Assembly (NCBI GenBank): GCA_051362555.1
Contig: CM120646.1
Span: forward strand, 12,214,001-12,278,000
Origin: Lingula anatina
Taxonomy: Eukaryota; Animalia; Brachiopoda
DNA length: 64,000 bases
Reading direction: 5' to 3'
The notes below the pieces were generated by a model. That model saw only the letters and a list, made by a program, of their open reading frames with translations, searched no databases and was not told the origin of the DNA. Numbering within the stretch: the first letter of the stretch is position 1; every line of letters begins with the position of its first letter. Position numbers and translations under genes: made by a program. This document shows, one piece after another, positions 10,801-52,880 of this stretch.

Positions 10801-13062
10801 CATAATAAGGGGGGCTAAAAAATATGACATACTGAACTCAATAACCATTTCATAGATACTTGTATTGCCAACAGCTTTTGATGTGGCAGAGTTAGATGTG
10901 ATTATGAGAGAAGTGTTAACATTTCCAGGAAAATTAATTTTCTGCTATGCGAGTGTCTAATGTTCATTATGCAACTTTAAGGTCACATGCTGCTTGATTT
11001 GAAACCTTTAATGTCAAACTCCAGATAGGATACCGCAGGATTTGATTATAATTCCCTTCTATATTATACCTCCATAATCTTTGTAAAGTCTACTGTAAAA
11101 TAAGTAGTGGACAGAATCACAGACCACTGCTGTTGAATATTATTGACTTATTACTTACCCTAAATACAAGTGTTAAAAAGAATGTAATTCTTTAGTATAT
11201 GCTATAACATGTGCCAATGACAATGTGCAATTCACCACAAAAAAGCATATCATGTACATGCAAAGAGAGAAAGTATTGTTGAAATGACATTTAAGCATTT
11301 TTCTAGGTGATCAAATGAATCAAAAAGTTAAAAGGACGCATAAATTAAACAAACATGTACATTAACTTTTAACTTTCTGATTCATTTGATCAAGGTTGTA
11401 CAAGGTAAAGAAGGCAATTACTACAACCATCCCAAATTCCTAAAATTTGATAATTTACTTACCTGAAGCCCTTATTCTAATAGCATCTATGTACCATTTG
11501 ATCTGTAAAAAAAGTACAATGTAAAATGAGTGCAAATTATAATATCCTATCCTGATATTCACATTTATCAAAATCCCCACATTTGTATCATTCATTTCAC
11601 ATTCAGAACAAATAATACGTGGACTAACTGATCCACATATTAAAATGGCTGAACCCCACTTGAAAGCAAGCCACCTAATCACCTCATGGTCTCACTGCCT
11701 CCACACATGCCATTAAACAGATTAAATTTCAGCTCCGAGGTTTAATTGCTAGGCCCCTGCAGAGAAGGCACTTGTGAAGACAGTGAGACCATCAGGGGAT
11801 TAATCGGCATTGCTTTTCAGTGGGTCAGACATATTTGATCCACGGATCTGTAAGCTGGCAGATCAAGTTGTTCTGAATGTGATGGAAGCCACTGTTTCTG
11901 ACATCAATTTGAACTAAAACAAAAACCATGTCTTAAAAATAGATATGATGCCGTCTCACTGCTTAGCATTAAATTTAATGAATATTCAGCACGATTCCTT
12001 CGTGTTATATCACAGATATCAAGAATATCTGAATGGTGTTACATTCTTTCAGATAATGATAGATATTTGATTTACCTCCTCTTCTGATCTTGTGGGGATA
12101 AGCTTATGCATTTCAGCATAATCATCAATGGAACAACTATAATACAATGAATTTCAACATCAGTGTATATAATAATCATTAAATATAACTATGGACAATC
12201 CAATATCATCAAAGTACAAGATCTACGAGAGAGCCCAAAAAAGTAACAATAGAAAAAATATATAATATCTAAGCTCAAATTTCATAATTCATAAGAATAT
12301 TATAATATTTATCATAAAAAAAAAATACTGAGAACTTTGGTTTTTCCCACCCTATATATCATTCCCTGGGAGATTAATGTTAGGTGATGACTGAAAAGGT
12401 AAAATGAGACAAGAACTTTCTGTTCAACAATAATAATTTGACCTGCTAAAGTTGCGTTAATCAAGATTTTTTTTTTTTTTTTTTGAGGGCCACTCTCTAC
12501 AAAGATCACATGTTTAAACCTGAAACTTGATCTGAGATTCAAAATAGATGTGTATGAAGCTAAAATACCTACACTTTTAATGCAGTAAGTAACTTTTTCT
12601 TCTCATAAATGGTCCAAAGTTTGTCGTAACTAAGCATTTTCTCCTGTGGTTTGGTTGATTTTTTTCTTGGAGCCCTTCCAACCTTCTCTGAAAAGTGAAG
12701 TACAACATAATTACTGCACAAAAAGGTAAAAAAGACCCCAAACCCATACCTAGATCGATCTAGCAGGACTGACCCTCCTCCAAGGGTTTTTTCGCTAAAT
12801 TGCATTCAGCTTACATGGCTTAGATATCTGGCATGCTCACTAGTTAATTACCCTTGTAGATGAGTCGATCCTGCTAGATCTATATGTAGGCATGGGAACA
12901 GGGTCTATACCCAGTATGTAGCAACATAAACATATTTCATTCTTATAACAGATTGGCAATAATGTCAACAACTAAATGCAGATGAACAATACTTAAACAA
13001 TGTTATCAAATTACTTTCATAGAATTACCTGGCTTCTTTTTGACTGGTTTCTTTTTAACCAT
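7873..13062 (-). CDS. SNAPC2: snRNA-activating protein complex subunit 2 (SNAP45), 9 coding exons, about 363 aa
   Basis: Exons 13062-13029, 12687-12573, 12136-12076, 11502-11463, 10474-10440, 10039-9974, 9386-9254, 8755-8582 and 8306-7873, phase-consistent, 1092 nt. Blocks WTIYEKKKLL, PTRSEEEIKWYI, APIAVWL, NYQEIYRYI, PDLSPLDSALVLDLL and SLNPF match recalled SNAPC2 blocks (WSAREKRQL, RSEAEI, APIEVW, DFEKIYKYL, ELSAAESAVVLDLL, PLNPF). Probable non-coding first exon with a donor at about 13452. Confidence 0.85.
8359..8397. repeat. Perfect 16-bp inverted repeat (hairpin) in the last SNAPC2 intron
   Basis: AGTCTCTGAATGCTAG-atactta-CTAGCATTCAGAGACT. Confidence 0.9.
11597..11882. mobile_element. 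Foldback MITE (family A) in a SNAPC2 intron
   Basis: 15-bp perfect outer IR TCACATTCAGAACAA/TTGTTCTGAATGTGA plus long imperfect inner IRs (ATGGTCTCACTG/CAGTGAGACCAT). Its core matches 47016-47292 in the opposite orientation. Confidence 0.75.
12732..12907. mobile_element. Degenerate MITE related to family B
   Basis: Imperfect TIRs (cccatacctagatcgatctagcagga / tcctgctagatctatatgtaggcatggg). Shares tagatcgatcta, cgctaaattgc and gttaattaccc motifs with the family B copies. Confidence 0.5.
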
Positions 13063-13499
13063 TTTTACACTGAGCTATGGGACTACTCTACAACCACAAA
13101 TTCTTCAATTTCCTGATCAGAACAGCAGTGGGGGAAAGTTTCCTGCAAATTAATGACAAATATATAACAAGTAGGGTTTTTTTTGCATCGGATTCTGGAG
13201 ATTACCACTGAAAAGCACTCTACATCAAAGCAGGATAACCCACAAAAAAAAAGGTACATCAAATTTCAGGTATTTTTCAAAAAAATTTTTGGTATTATAG
13301 AGGACGAGCGGTCTACTTCTATGGTCAAAGATTTTAATTCGCAATATGACAAAGGCTGCAACAAATGTCAAAAATGCTTTAAGTATATGAACCATCTGAT
13401 AAACTTAATTACTAGTTCAATATTTCTTTCCACAGATATTTAATTGATTTACCCACTTCTGTCCCCGTTTAGTGATTATTTCCTTTTCATATGTGCAGG

Positions 13500-13700
13500 T
13501 GCTTAAACTTGTGCACAAAAAATGATGACGCGTCAAACGACTACGTCATGAAATTTGGGAAACGCAAGTTTCCGAACAGCAGCGAAGATAAAATTCTACT
13601 TTGTGATTGGTCAGCAGCTGTTTACGGAAAATGTCGAAGCGTGATTCTCGTCATCGTACGAGATGAACAGCCATTGGAAACCAGCACGGAACAAACAGGG
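13500..13700. promoter_or_regulatory. Putative bidirectional promoter between SNAPC2 (-) and GSK3 (+)
   Basis: The divergent ATGs are 911 bp apart (13062 and 13973). The patch is CpG-richer, with a palindromic TGACGCGTCA (about 13525-13534), a CRE-like TACGTCA (13542-13548) and ATTGG boxes (13606-13610, 13673-13677). Confidence 0.55.
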
Positions 13701-13972
13701 AGTAAATCATTCAACATTTGATGGGTTATTACTAACTTGTTAATCGGTTGATTGACGATTTTTCTATCTTGCTGGAATCCTGATGTCTTAGAGATTTATC
13801 ACCTTTAATCTAGAGCTCCAGTGTCAAGTTGGTAGCCGAAGGGAGGCGAACAATTCTGACCAATATCGGCAGCTTGAATAAATTTTCATTAGTTGCTCCA
13901 ACCGAATTTCGGTGGGAAATGTAAGGCTCCGGCCCTGACTCAGGTCTACAAAGTACAATCACTTGGACTATC

Positions 13973-42992
<29,020 letters not shown>

Positions 42993-45900
42993 TGAAGGCG
43001 ACACACCCCCCTGGTTCATTACACTGAGACACTTACATACTTGGAGAAAGAGAGTACCCGATTGTGTATATCCTCATTTTAAAGCAAGGCTGGGATTTAT
43101 ATTCTGTGTGTATGAATGTCTTCTGAGAGCTGTAGACTATGTTTGTTTGTTTGTTTGTACACAGGATATGTGTACCAGGACCTGGAGTACGTGTAGGATG
43201 ATGGGTTTTAGTTATGATCAGAATGGTTTCTTGGAAGGATTGAAGAGGATTGGAAAAACATGAGCTGGAAAGCCCTCTGGGAGGCAAGACCAAGGGAGAA
43301 AAAAATTCAAATTCTCAGGCAGTCTTGTTCAGCTAGCAGTTCTAGTTGTGTGCCTACTGTGTCTACAGCTGCCTGCAAGCTCCCAATGTCTCCATCTGGG
43401 ACAGCTTCCGAATAGTGTCAGACATCACGGGAGCCTTGGGGACACATTTGTTTTAATTGTTTAGTCATCACCATCAACAATAAAGAAGGAAGTGCACACG
43501 GATTCAGTTCAGTTGCATTAGTTCCGAAGAGCATTTTGTATATCCTTATAGGAAATTGTTGTAATTGACCTGTTCTTGAGTATCAGTGAGGAGCATGGAT
43601 CCAGTTATGGTCATTAAGAAAATCCACAAAGAAAAGCAGCCATATAGAGCGAGTGTGTTAGTTGTGACGGAAATGCAACTCTGTTGCGATGGTAGAGACA
43701 GCCAGTGAGACCAAACCAGCTCAGTGTGTGTGATGTGGCTGTAGTGACCCCGAATCGTGCCACTGCCATTGGTTGCAAGATACTGTTCCATAAATAAGGT
43801 TGGACATGCACAAACTTTTATGAAGTGACAGTCCTGGTGTGTTTGGATCAGTGAATGCAGGCTCTGTATCTATACACCTATAAATATGTACTGGATGGAG
43901 AAAAAGAAACGAGTTGCGGAGCTCTCTTTTTGAAGAAACTAACAAGATGAAGCATGTTGGGGGGAATTTATTGATAAATAGGCAGTGAAACCAGTGTCTG
44001 CCTTTATATACAGGGTGTTTTCTTAATTTTAGCATAAACTGAAACTTTTTTCTGTAAAGGAAAGTACTTTATAAGAAGTATGCTGGAGGCCTCTGCTGGC
44101 TAAGAAATTAATGAATTTAGGACGGATGAATGATTGGTCCTCAAAAGAATTTCCTGTAACAATTTTTCCTTTTATTTTGGAAAATAACTTGAGACTCAAT
44201 ATACAGTGGTGGTAAGTTCCATCCAAAGTTGTAGTGGTTTTATGGAGAAACAAAAAAAGGAAAGAAGACAAGAACATTTTTATGTTGATTTTATTGCTGA
44301 ATATAAGTGTAGATGTCTGTGAACGTATGTTTGTATGTAGTCATGGGAAGTGAACCACATGGGCCATTGATTGCCATAGAAGCTGGAACAGGAACTTGAA
44401 TTGGCTAGCATTTATTTCTTTGTTCTCCTTAGTGTTGTTATATTTTCACCATCAAGTTATAATAGTAATGCTTGTTACAGGTAACTTAGGGAAACACCTG
44501 AAAAAGGTGTGATTCTCTCCCCCACTATCTGTGATTCTTCTTCTGCGAAGGCAGAACAATACCTCCCCCTAGTTTTTACTTCTTAAAATGATATAAGGTT
44601 GCAATTGGTTTTAAACCTCAGTTTTGTTTTGGCAATGGCAATGATGTCTCTGGTGTTGGCTACTCTATAATTAATGAATTGCAGGTGATTAAATATATTA
44701 CTCTTTTAAACTATTTTTAAGCAGGAAAATTTGCTTGAATTGTAGGAGGGGAGTGGGCACAGTTTCAGTTCAGAGATACTCCCCCCCCATGATTATAGTT
44801 TTTTATATTGCATGCATTGAATAACACGGGGTGCCTTGTGTTTTCAGGGTAACCGTGTCAATTTCAGTCTTATGTTTTATGCGCAAGCACATCAAACTTG
44901 TGTTCCATGCGGAATATGAAAGTAAAAATTTCCCAGAAATGGGAGCTGGAATTCAAAGTTTGGTGAAGTTTACAATTGTTGGAATTGTCATTTATTTCTG
45001 ATTAATTAATTACTCTTTTTGAAGCTCTGGCTTAATTTGTTATAAACAGATATCTGAATTGAACTTGGGGTCATTGTTACACTGTGAAATCTAAGTTTAC
45101 TCACCTGAATTATAGCCTACAATATGGCATATTATTGTTATTTTTAAAATTTGATCAGAACTTAGATCAACTGAAGAGTACTTCCTGCTACATAATGATA
45201 ATGCAAAGACTCTGAGGCAGTTTTAAATCATTTTGGATGGAATTTATGCTGGGACTTCCAATAGGAAAATGCTTTTTTTTATCCAAATGACGGTTAGTGT
45301 TCATTAAATTGTATATTACACCTGGGAGGCAAGGAGTATGTGTTCACAGTTTGTTTAATATTTGTGAACAGAACCGAGTGGGTGGAGTGTGAACTGTGGG
45401 GTGAATCCTAACATGGTTGTTCTTGCACTGTTTCTACAGGGCTGATATAGACCATAAATTGCACCAACTCAGAATGGCCAAATTACCGGGGAAAAAAAGA
45501 GACCAGTTCACTGTTTAAAATTAGCCTGGTCTAAAGGCATCTCAAGAGCAAGCCTGGCAGCAAGAAAGGTATCTGCTTCACACTTTACTGGAGATATAGC
45601 ATAAGGTACAGCAGTCATCTCATTGATGTAGAACCTGTCATCCATTTGTTGTTCTCAAATGACCAAATTGCTCAGTACACTGGATAAAAGATGGGACACA
45701 AATGTGAAAATACACCACTTCAAATATAGCTGATGAGTTTTAGCCAAAGGACAGATTAACACCGCTCTACAGCTCACACCGTATTCACTCACAACTGTTC
45801 ACACTGCATGTAGAAAATGTGAGCTTGAAAACTGAAACCATTCATTGTACTATATCATCTTAACGCCTATAGCATGAGGTTCATTACGTCTTTGTCATAA

Positions 45901-47015
45901 ACCCACCCCCTCTCCTCTGGGAATGGACCAGTCCTACTTGTGATATGAGGAATCAAGCTGGACTGTTCCATTTCTATGAGAAAGGGGGTACATGTGCTGT
46001 GTTTGTTCTCATCACATTGTATAAACAATTATAAGCACTGTAGTGAAAAAATCAATGTGTTGAAATTCTTCAGTCTGTACTCCTAGTAATCCTGTAATGT
46101 CTGTAGCCATATTGTTACTATTGTATACATGTATATGTTGGTATATGTATATATATAAATATATATATTTATATGTATGCTGCAGTGGGTTATACTGTAT
46201 TAGCAGTGTAGGTAGACAAGGGCAATGCTTTGGTGACAATTTATATGGTGATCACTATGGTCACCTTCAATATGGTAACTGTTTCTATGGTTACTGACAT
46301 TGTAATCCGTTGTAAGGATGTTGTTGAGTGCATTGCATCTGAATCCTGAATAATTCCATAAGATTTTACTCATTTTATGAGCACATGAATTTAATTCTTA
46401 GTGATTAAGTTATTAAATGTGAACAGAACATCTGTTATTTTAAAGAACACTGCCTAGCAACCCTTGTAACCATGACAACAATATGGCTATTTTCATTATT
46501 TTCCTTGTATGTAGTTACAACATAACATAGATGGATTCAGCATGTAAAATAAATTCATCTAGTCCAAATATTGAATTTTTGTTATTTTATTCTGCTCAAC
46601 TGACAAATAACCTGTTAGCACAGTGAACGCAGTAAATCTTTCAAGGGAAAACACAAAACATTATTTTGGCATTAGCATGAGATCATCAAAAACGCAGAGG
46701 TAAAGATAAAGGCTTAAACCATCTAAGTGTTCTGTGAACGTATAATTAAAACTGCAACAAATTAAAAATTAAAGTTCAGTATGTCGAAAAATCAAAACCT
46801 TTGTCATTTTTTTCCGATGAATACAACAAGCGCTGCAAAATTAGTCGTAAATGTGAATATATTTGTAGTATGAACTTTTTTTCCTGCAACCACCCTTTCC
46901 GAAAGTTACCATTTCGGTTATGCTTCTGTAAATTTTATTTTGTCTAAGATGAGATTTGGCCTGGATTAAGGAGACAACGAGGACCAGCTGCTTTATTTTG
47001 ACATTCTCATGTATG

Positions 47016-47292
47016 GGGCTATTCAGAATACATGCTCCGAGTACTAACTGATCCGCCGACTAAATTTGGCAAACGATTTCCCGCTTATTCCATGATGGTC
47101 TCCCCGCCTCCACACGCGCCGTCACTGCAGGGACCTAGCACTTAAACGTCGGAGCCGATATTTAATCCGTTTAATGGTGCGTGTGGAAGCGGGGAGACCA
47201 TTGGGAATCAGCGGCATCGCTTTTGAAGTGTGGTCGACCATAATTAGTCGGCGGATAAGTTAGTATTCGAATCTTCTAAATCTGAATGGCCC
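47016..47292. mobile_element. Foldback MITE family A copy, directly followed by a family C copy (about 47290-47470)
   Basis: Termini GGGCTATTCAGA...TCTGAATGGCCC. Long internal IRs (tactaactgatccgccgactaa / ttagtcggcggataagttagta; atggtctccccgc / gcggggagaccat). Confidence 0.75.
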
Positions 47293-47693
47293 TATTCAGA
47301 TTAGGGGACTAACTAGTCCTATGGTCAAATATGGCGACCCACCACAAAGCTTGCCGTCTAATCCGCTAATAGACACTGAATAGATATCCCGTGGGGAACT
47401 ATTCAAGTGGGTGGGACATATTTGACTTATTTTTATTATATTTGACATATTTGATTGGTCCGATACGGGCGCTCATATAGAGATCCGAAAATTAAGCTGG
47501 TGCGCATCGAAAAAAACCAAAACGGGATATTTGTTTTATATCAGATTTGCAAAGTAGCTGTTGCAGGTTACAAAAACCAATTTTTTGAAAATCAACATGA
47601 TTGGATAATATTTATGAAAATAATTGATTTTTTCTTAGTTTAGATCTAAGTAAAAGCAACAACATCAAGTGACACAGAAAAACGCATCTTTAT

Positions 47694-48914
47694 TCACATC
47701 CCGATCCAATGCGGTAAATAATAATCCCCGACCTCCACCTGTTTGTGTAGGACAGACCCATGCAACGGCCAGTCTTTATAGTAAACTGCCTGTCCTCTGT
47801 TCATCCAGGCCCCCCACCACCCCAGGGGCCCTGTAGTCAGGATGGTATGATTACAGTACGCCAGCAGTGCCAGGTCCATACTCTCTGCTTTCCTCACTTT
47901 GTCTAAGAAAACTACGTTTTTAAGTATTAAATTTTTACGACACCAAGACATGTCGTCTGAGGTGACTATGAATAAAGATGAAGGGAACTTGCGCTGAAAG
48001 TAAGAAATGGCGCGTAAGATGTAGTCCTTTGGCGCGAGTCGGTCGCCGTATTTCACGCTTATTTCTGGACGGAGGGTGCGCTTAACGTGAATCCCAATCG
48101 TTGGTGCTTCTTTGGGAACGCTGTGCTTCAGGCGGGTTTTCTTAATGAAACGCTCGGCGATGGTGCGGTCGATGTTCCCGTTAAGTAACTGCTCTCTAAT
48201 GTCGCTCTCCACGTGCTCAAAATATCGCCATGATTTAAAATGCCCCACTAGTTCCAGATGAGCGTTCTGTAAATCTGTCATGCCTTCATAATAGCGACAA
48301 CAATCGGGTGCCTCTGTTACTTTTTTGTACTTAAATCCTGGCTGCCAGACGCTTGTTACATTTGTCTTTAATCTCTTAAAATCCGTCCGAATGGGATTCC
48401 CAATGTATATCAGTGGCACGTGGTTGTTAGCTTTGGCTATGCCGTATAAAGAAGCATACAAAAATATCAAAGTTCCTAAGTCGGCTTTGGCGAAAGTTAA
48501 AATGGTCATGTTGTACTTCCCGTCAGGGTTTGGAATTTTTGAAAGGGTCACATTTTCCACATCTTTCAGAGCATCGGAAAGATCCCGGAATATCCGTATA
48601 TTGCCATTTTCGATCATTTCCATCCCTCTCATCTGCGTGTGCAGACCCCCAATTTTGTATAAATCATAGAGGTCGCTCCCGTCGCCGTAGCGGGATTCGA
48701 AAAAGACCTTATTGACGAGAGCTTTAAACTGGTCCCTTGCGTCTGCTTCTAATTTTGACGCTACCCTTTGAAACGCTTTCGCCTCTCTGCTGGATTCTAG
48801 TTCGTTGTGGTGCTTTTCTTCAAACAACCAGAGTTTGCTGATGAGATAGACCACACCCAAGGAAATCACGACAAGTGTTGCGTTGAAGCGTTTGATCTGG
48901 ATAGAATTGACCAT
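47694..48914 (-). CDS. GT11 family alpha-1,2-fucosyltransferase-like type II membrane protein, single coding exon, 406 aa, atypical motifs
   Basis: N-terminal signal-anchor ATLVVISLGVVYLISKLWLF. GT11 blocks YASLYGIA, GHFKSWRYF, IGIHVKR, FIVTSDDMSWC, DLALLAYCNHTILT, GWWGAWM and DYYLPHWIGM. An acceptor at 48941-48943 places the start at the ATG at 48914 rather than 48968. Candidate 5'UTR exon at 50210-50155. Confidence 0.9.
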   Translation of the reverse strand: MVNSIQIKRFNATLVVISLGVVYLISKLWLFEEKHHNELESSREAKAFQRVASKLEADARDQFKALVNKVFFESRYGDGSDLYDLYKIGGLHTQMRGMEMIENGNIRIFRDLSDALKDVENVTLSKIPNPDGKYNMTILTFAKADLGTLIFLYASLYGIAKANNHVPLIYIGNPIRTDFKRLKTNVTSVWQPGFKYKKVTEAPDCCRYYEGMTDLQNAHLELVGHFKSWRYFEHVESDIREQLLNGNIDRTIAERFIKKTRLKHSVPKEAPTIGIHVKRTLRPEISVKYGDRLAPKDYILRAISYFQRKFPSSLFIVTSDDMSWCRKNLILKNVVFLDKVRKAESMDLALLAYCNHTILTTGPLGWWGAWMNRGQAVYYKDWPLHGSVLHKQVEVGDYYLPHWIGM

Positions 48915-49203
48915 CTTCAGGGATGTAGAACCTAGGCCTGCTGTAAAAATAGAAATTAGTCGTCTCATAAAAATGTCTTATAGACATGCTTTTTCTATTT
49001 TGTTAAAACAAGCCTAGATATATATCTATTAAACAGGAACTATCTTTGAAAGGCATTAGGACTGACAGGCGTCATCAGATATTTTTACCTCGAATTTTTC
49101 CTTTTCTTTTCCCCCCTCAACATTGCCAAATGTTAGTAGAAACGCTTGTAGTAGTGCTATATGCCAATAAGATCTGTCATACGGGGGGAGGGGGGGTGTC
49201 TTA

Positions 49204-49428
49204 GGGTGCTTTCGCAGAGATTTAGATCGTTCTAAAGATTAAGATTTAGATCGACCTAACTCCCTGGGGGTTCACGCTAAATTGCAGTCAGCCGAGCGGG
49301 CACCATAGTTAATCACCCCTTTACAGCTTTTAGTAGGCGGGACAGACGCTTAAGCCGGCCAAGCTGACAGTAATCTAGTGAGACTCCCCACAGGGATAGA
49401 TCGATCTAAAATCTATGGAAATGGGGTG
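49204..49428 (-). mobile_element. PIF/Harbinger MITE family B, copy 3
   Basis: Matches copies 1 and 2; TTA on both flanks (49201-03, 49429-31). Confidence 0.8.
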
Positions 49429-49666
49429 TTAGGCGAAAATAGGGTAGCTATTATCAGCTGGTCGTCTGTTGGACTTAAATTCGTTTCAAAGAAGTCCCTG
49501 TCTTGACACAGTTTGCAATATCATCACGTTCTTATTAGGATGCAACATGCAGGGCGTACTGTTTTGTATTATTCTTTCATTCAAATGGCTAATTGGAGTG
49601 ATACATTAGTTTGGTTGCCGAGGGTTGACAAAAGTGCAATATGCCCCTGGCGGATCTCGGTTTTTG

Positions 49667-49715
<49 letters not shown>

Positions 49716-51616
49716 GGCAACAAGCACGAGCAATATCGCTTATATGTAGCAAATGACACGAGGTCACGCATCCAGTCATCAGAGAAATATGCAAATGTAG
49801 ATGTGGGATAATATTGCCATCAGTGCGTGAGGGCCTGTGTGTGTACCCGGTGGACATGCAGCACTGTGTGCATATGGGAACTCTAACGATGAGATTTAAG
49901 ACATTCGCCTGTCAGCTCATCTGGTTAAAGGTCGTCATAGAGCCATGCAGAGGTGACAAAATGACACAATGTACAAAGACAGGAAAATATTCTACGTTAG
50001 ACCCATGGCGCAAGGGTCCTTAGATAGCACCTGTCAACTTAATCTGCTATCAGATATTTATTATTTAGGGCCGTGTTGAAGTAACAAATCAACAAGATAT
50101 CTAATTAGACCAAGGCTTGGGGAGATATACAATTATATATACCTGCAAACTCACCTGGTGTTTGTCCTTGTTACACAGAAGTGGTAAGACCCAGACCCGT
50201 CATAAGACAGCTGCAAAACAGCCACAAACAAACACGCACGTGTCCCTTGCACATAGAATATAGAACAGGAGTAATATGTTGCCTAAATCGCCTTTTCGTC
50301 TCTCTCTATATTGTCGTGAATAATGCAGCTACGCATAGCGAGTGGTCTTAATGGCTCTTCGTCACGCTCGTGGAGTCTAAAATGTACTTTCTTATGCAAA
50401 TCGACATGGTCCATGCATTTAATGACAAATTTGGTTATCTTGTGTTATTTTGACTCTGGGGCATTTAGTTCAATTAGCAGCCTACTTTGAATATTCTGTA
50501 TCCAGTAAAACTAGTTGGTGACTGATAGCCAAAGCGGTAATTACGTAATGTGCGTTATTTTAATGTGCCTTAAATATCCAATGTTAAAAGGATCTTAAAA
50601 TGCGTTTTTAATGTTAAAAATTTTCATCTGACAAAAACACCGGCATATCTCAACCCGTGGGCGTATGATAAATTTTTGATGCGAAGTTTTTGGGGAAATA
50701 AACCTTACATTTATGTGTTCCCCGGTAGTAACGTTTAAATACAGAAATGTAAAGGTATGTATGTTATCTGTGTTTAAAACTGTCCCAAAATCATATTTAT
50801 AATTGTCTACATATCCTGCATTACTCCTAATCGGTCACAAAACTGACCTTAAAACCCATAATATACCTCAAATAAAACAACCTGATGTCGATATTACCTT
50901 CTGAAATGTACAGGAATGCATGGCGGTCTAAACATCACGGGAAACGTATACTTAAATTAGAAAGGAATTGTTTAATTAAAAATTGCGTAAAACAAATCCA
51001 AGTACAGGGACGAGTGGGACAATAATTCGAGAGTTTGAGAAAATAACCCTTTTTAATGAAAAATCCAGATAGGATACCTTCAAATTTAATCATATTACTT
51101 AACGACAAGTGCCAATGTGGTAAAGAAGAAATGGAAAAGAATAACAAAAGGGAAAAATCAAACCTTAAAATATAACACGAAAACTTCCTCTCATAAGAAG
51201 GCTAACCCACGTTCAACTTTCTCTCTCTTGAGAGATTATTCCAAAAAAAAAAAAAAAAAAAAAAAACGGAATAATTTTCAATGTCCGGATGCATTCATTA
51301 ACCATTGGTTACTTCGGGAAAATCGTCATATGCCCAAGGCAATTTTTTCCCTAGAACGAACAGTTGTTATCTTGTGACTCACACTTGTATCCACTGGAAG
51401 ATTGTTGATTTTAAAGCTACGAAGTTAAAATGGGAAGTTTACTTTTGGATTGCTGATTGAGACCAAAAGATATGTAGTTGATATAAATATTTGGCGCTAA
51501 GCTCAATCAAGTTGATGGTTGATAATTTAATCTTATTATTTGTGACAGATTTAAGTTTCCTTTTATTAGTTATGACGCTGTTGACACCCAATATGGTCTC
51601 CAAAGCTTAAAATATA

Positions 51617-52300
51617 CAACACTGGTCAAATAGGTTGTCCCACCCCTGATTCCATGTGCTTTTATTTACGAATGATCACCTCACATGTGTATATATATTG
51701 CCATAAACAGTGCTTTTTATTCCACATACCATATCTTACATGACTAATGGTTTAGAAAATACAAAATAACGGCGAAAATATCCATATTTTATATCATTTA
51801 CTAACACTTGTAACATGTAACCCCTCAAATCCAATTGAAAAGACGCCACCGAATATCACCAAATTTACACACAATTAGCATTGCAATGTGTTCGTTGAGG
51901 GTCCCGTGTCTAATAGCGTGTGTGTCTACAGCGAACTGCAATTATCTCCTGTAGGCGGCGTGACAAGCCTTCAACAAGGGTAACAATTCTGTTTTGTGGA
52001 ATATTATCCCATTCTTCCTGAAGAGCTTGGGGTGTTGGTCCCGATTATAAGGGGGTTAGTTCTCCTCTGCATTGCACACTCCAACTCATGCCAGAGGTAT
52101 TTGTTCCATCCTCAGAACATTATTGTGTTTCTGCAACAAAACACTTCCCAGACGAGAGCTGTGAGCAGGTGTGCTGGCATGATGATTTTTCCAATGTTTT
52201 ACTACCTCTTAACCGTATTTAGCCATATTTTAGTTGTGTCTTTGCCTCTCATGCATGTAGGGGAAGTTGTCTTCCCGTGGTCAGTATAAATGGATAATTG
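51617..52300 (-). pseudogene. Tc1/mariner transposon fossil (degenerate transposase C-terminus plus one TIR)
   Basis: The minus strand encodes fragments HHASTPAHSSRL, YLWHELECAMQRR and ALQEEWDNIPQNRIVTLVEGLSRRLQEIIAVRCRHTRY* (stop at 51912-51910), typical of a Tc1 DD34E transposase tail, with frameshifts. Tc1-like end TA|CAACACTGGTCAAATAGGTTGTCCCACCCCTG at 51615-51648. Confidence 0.8.
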
Positions 52301-52468
52301 CAAATGCAAAACTGTGGGTAAATGTTAAGTAGAGAGACTATGGTCCGTAGCCAGCAATTTCAAAGTTGGTGGGGGGGGGGGGGGGGGGGGGGGGCGTGTG
52401 ACTTTTTCTGAAAAAGTGGACCTTTTACCATGGAATCTCTGTGCACATACATTACATTTTATCCCCGG

Positions 52469-52590
<122 letters not shown>

Positions 52591-52835
52591 ATAACAGAAA
52601 ACGCTTGAAGTGATGGGTGTGTGGGTGATAACGGATATGTGCCTGGATAGCTGTGTGGATAAGCGGACAAATAAATGGATGGATGGATGGATAGATACCT
52701 TGACTGTGTAACATGTGTTAAAGTCTTGATTTGTGAATAATGTGTAAGCGGAAGAATGCGGCCATACTTCTTCTTTTCATACCTCATTCTTCATTCTTTT
52801 CTTATCTTACTTTAACTCGTGTATAGGATATTATC

Positions 52836-52880
<45 letters not shown>

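Noticed and set aside
11850-11913. Possible extra SNAPC2 exon after the acceptor at about 11914
   Set aside because: The required phase-0 frame hits TGA, it overlaps a MITE, and the model is continuous without it.
48325-48715. Antisense ORFs over the GT11 gene (likewise 3618..3881, 4089..4388, 41823..42008 and 55216..55410)
   Set aside because: Shadow ORFs opposite real coding exons.
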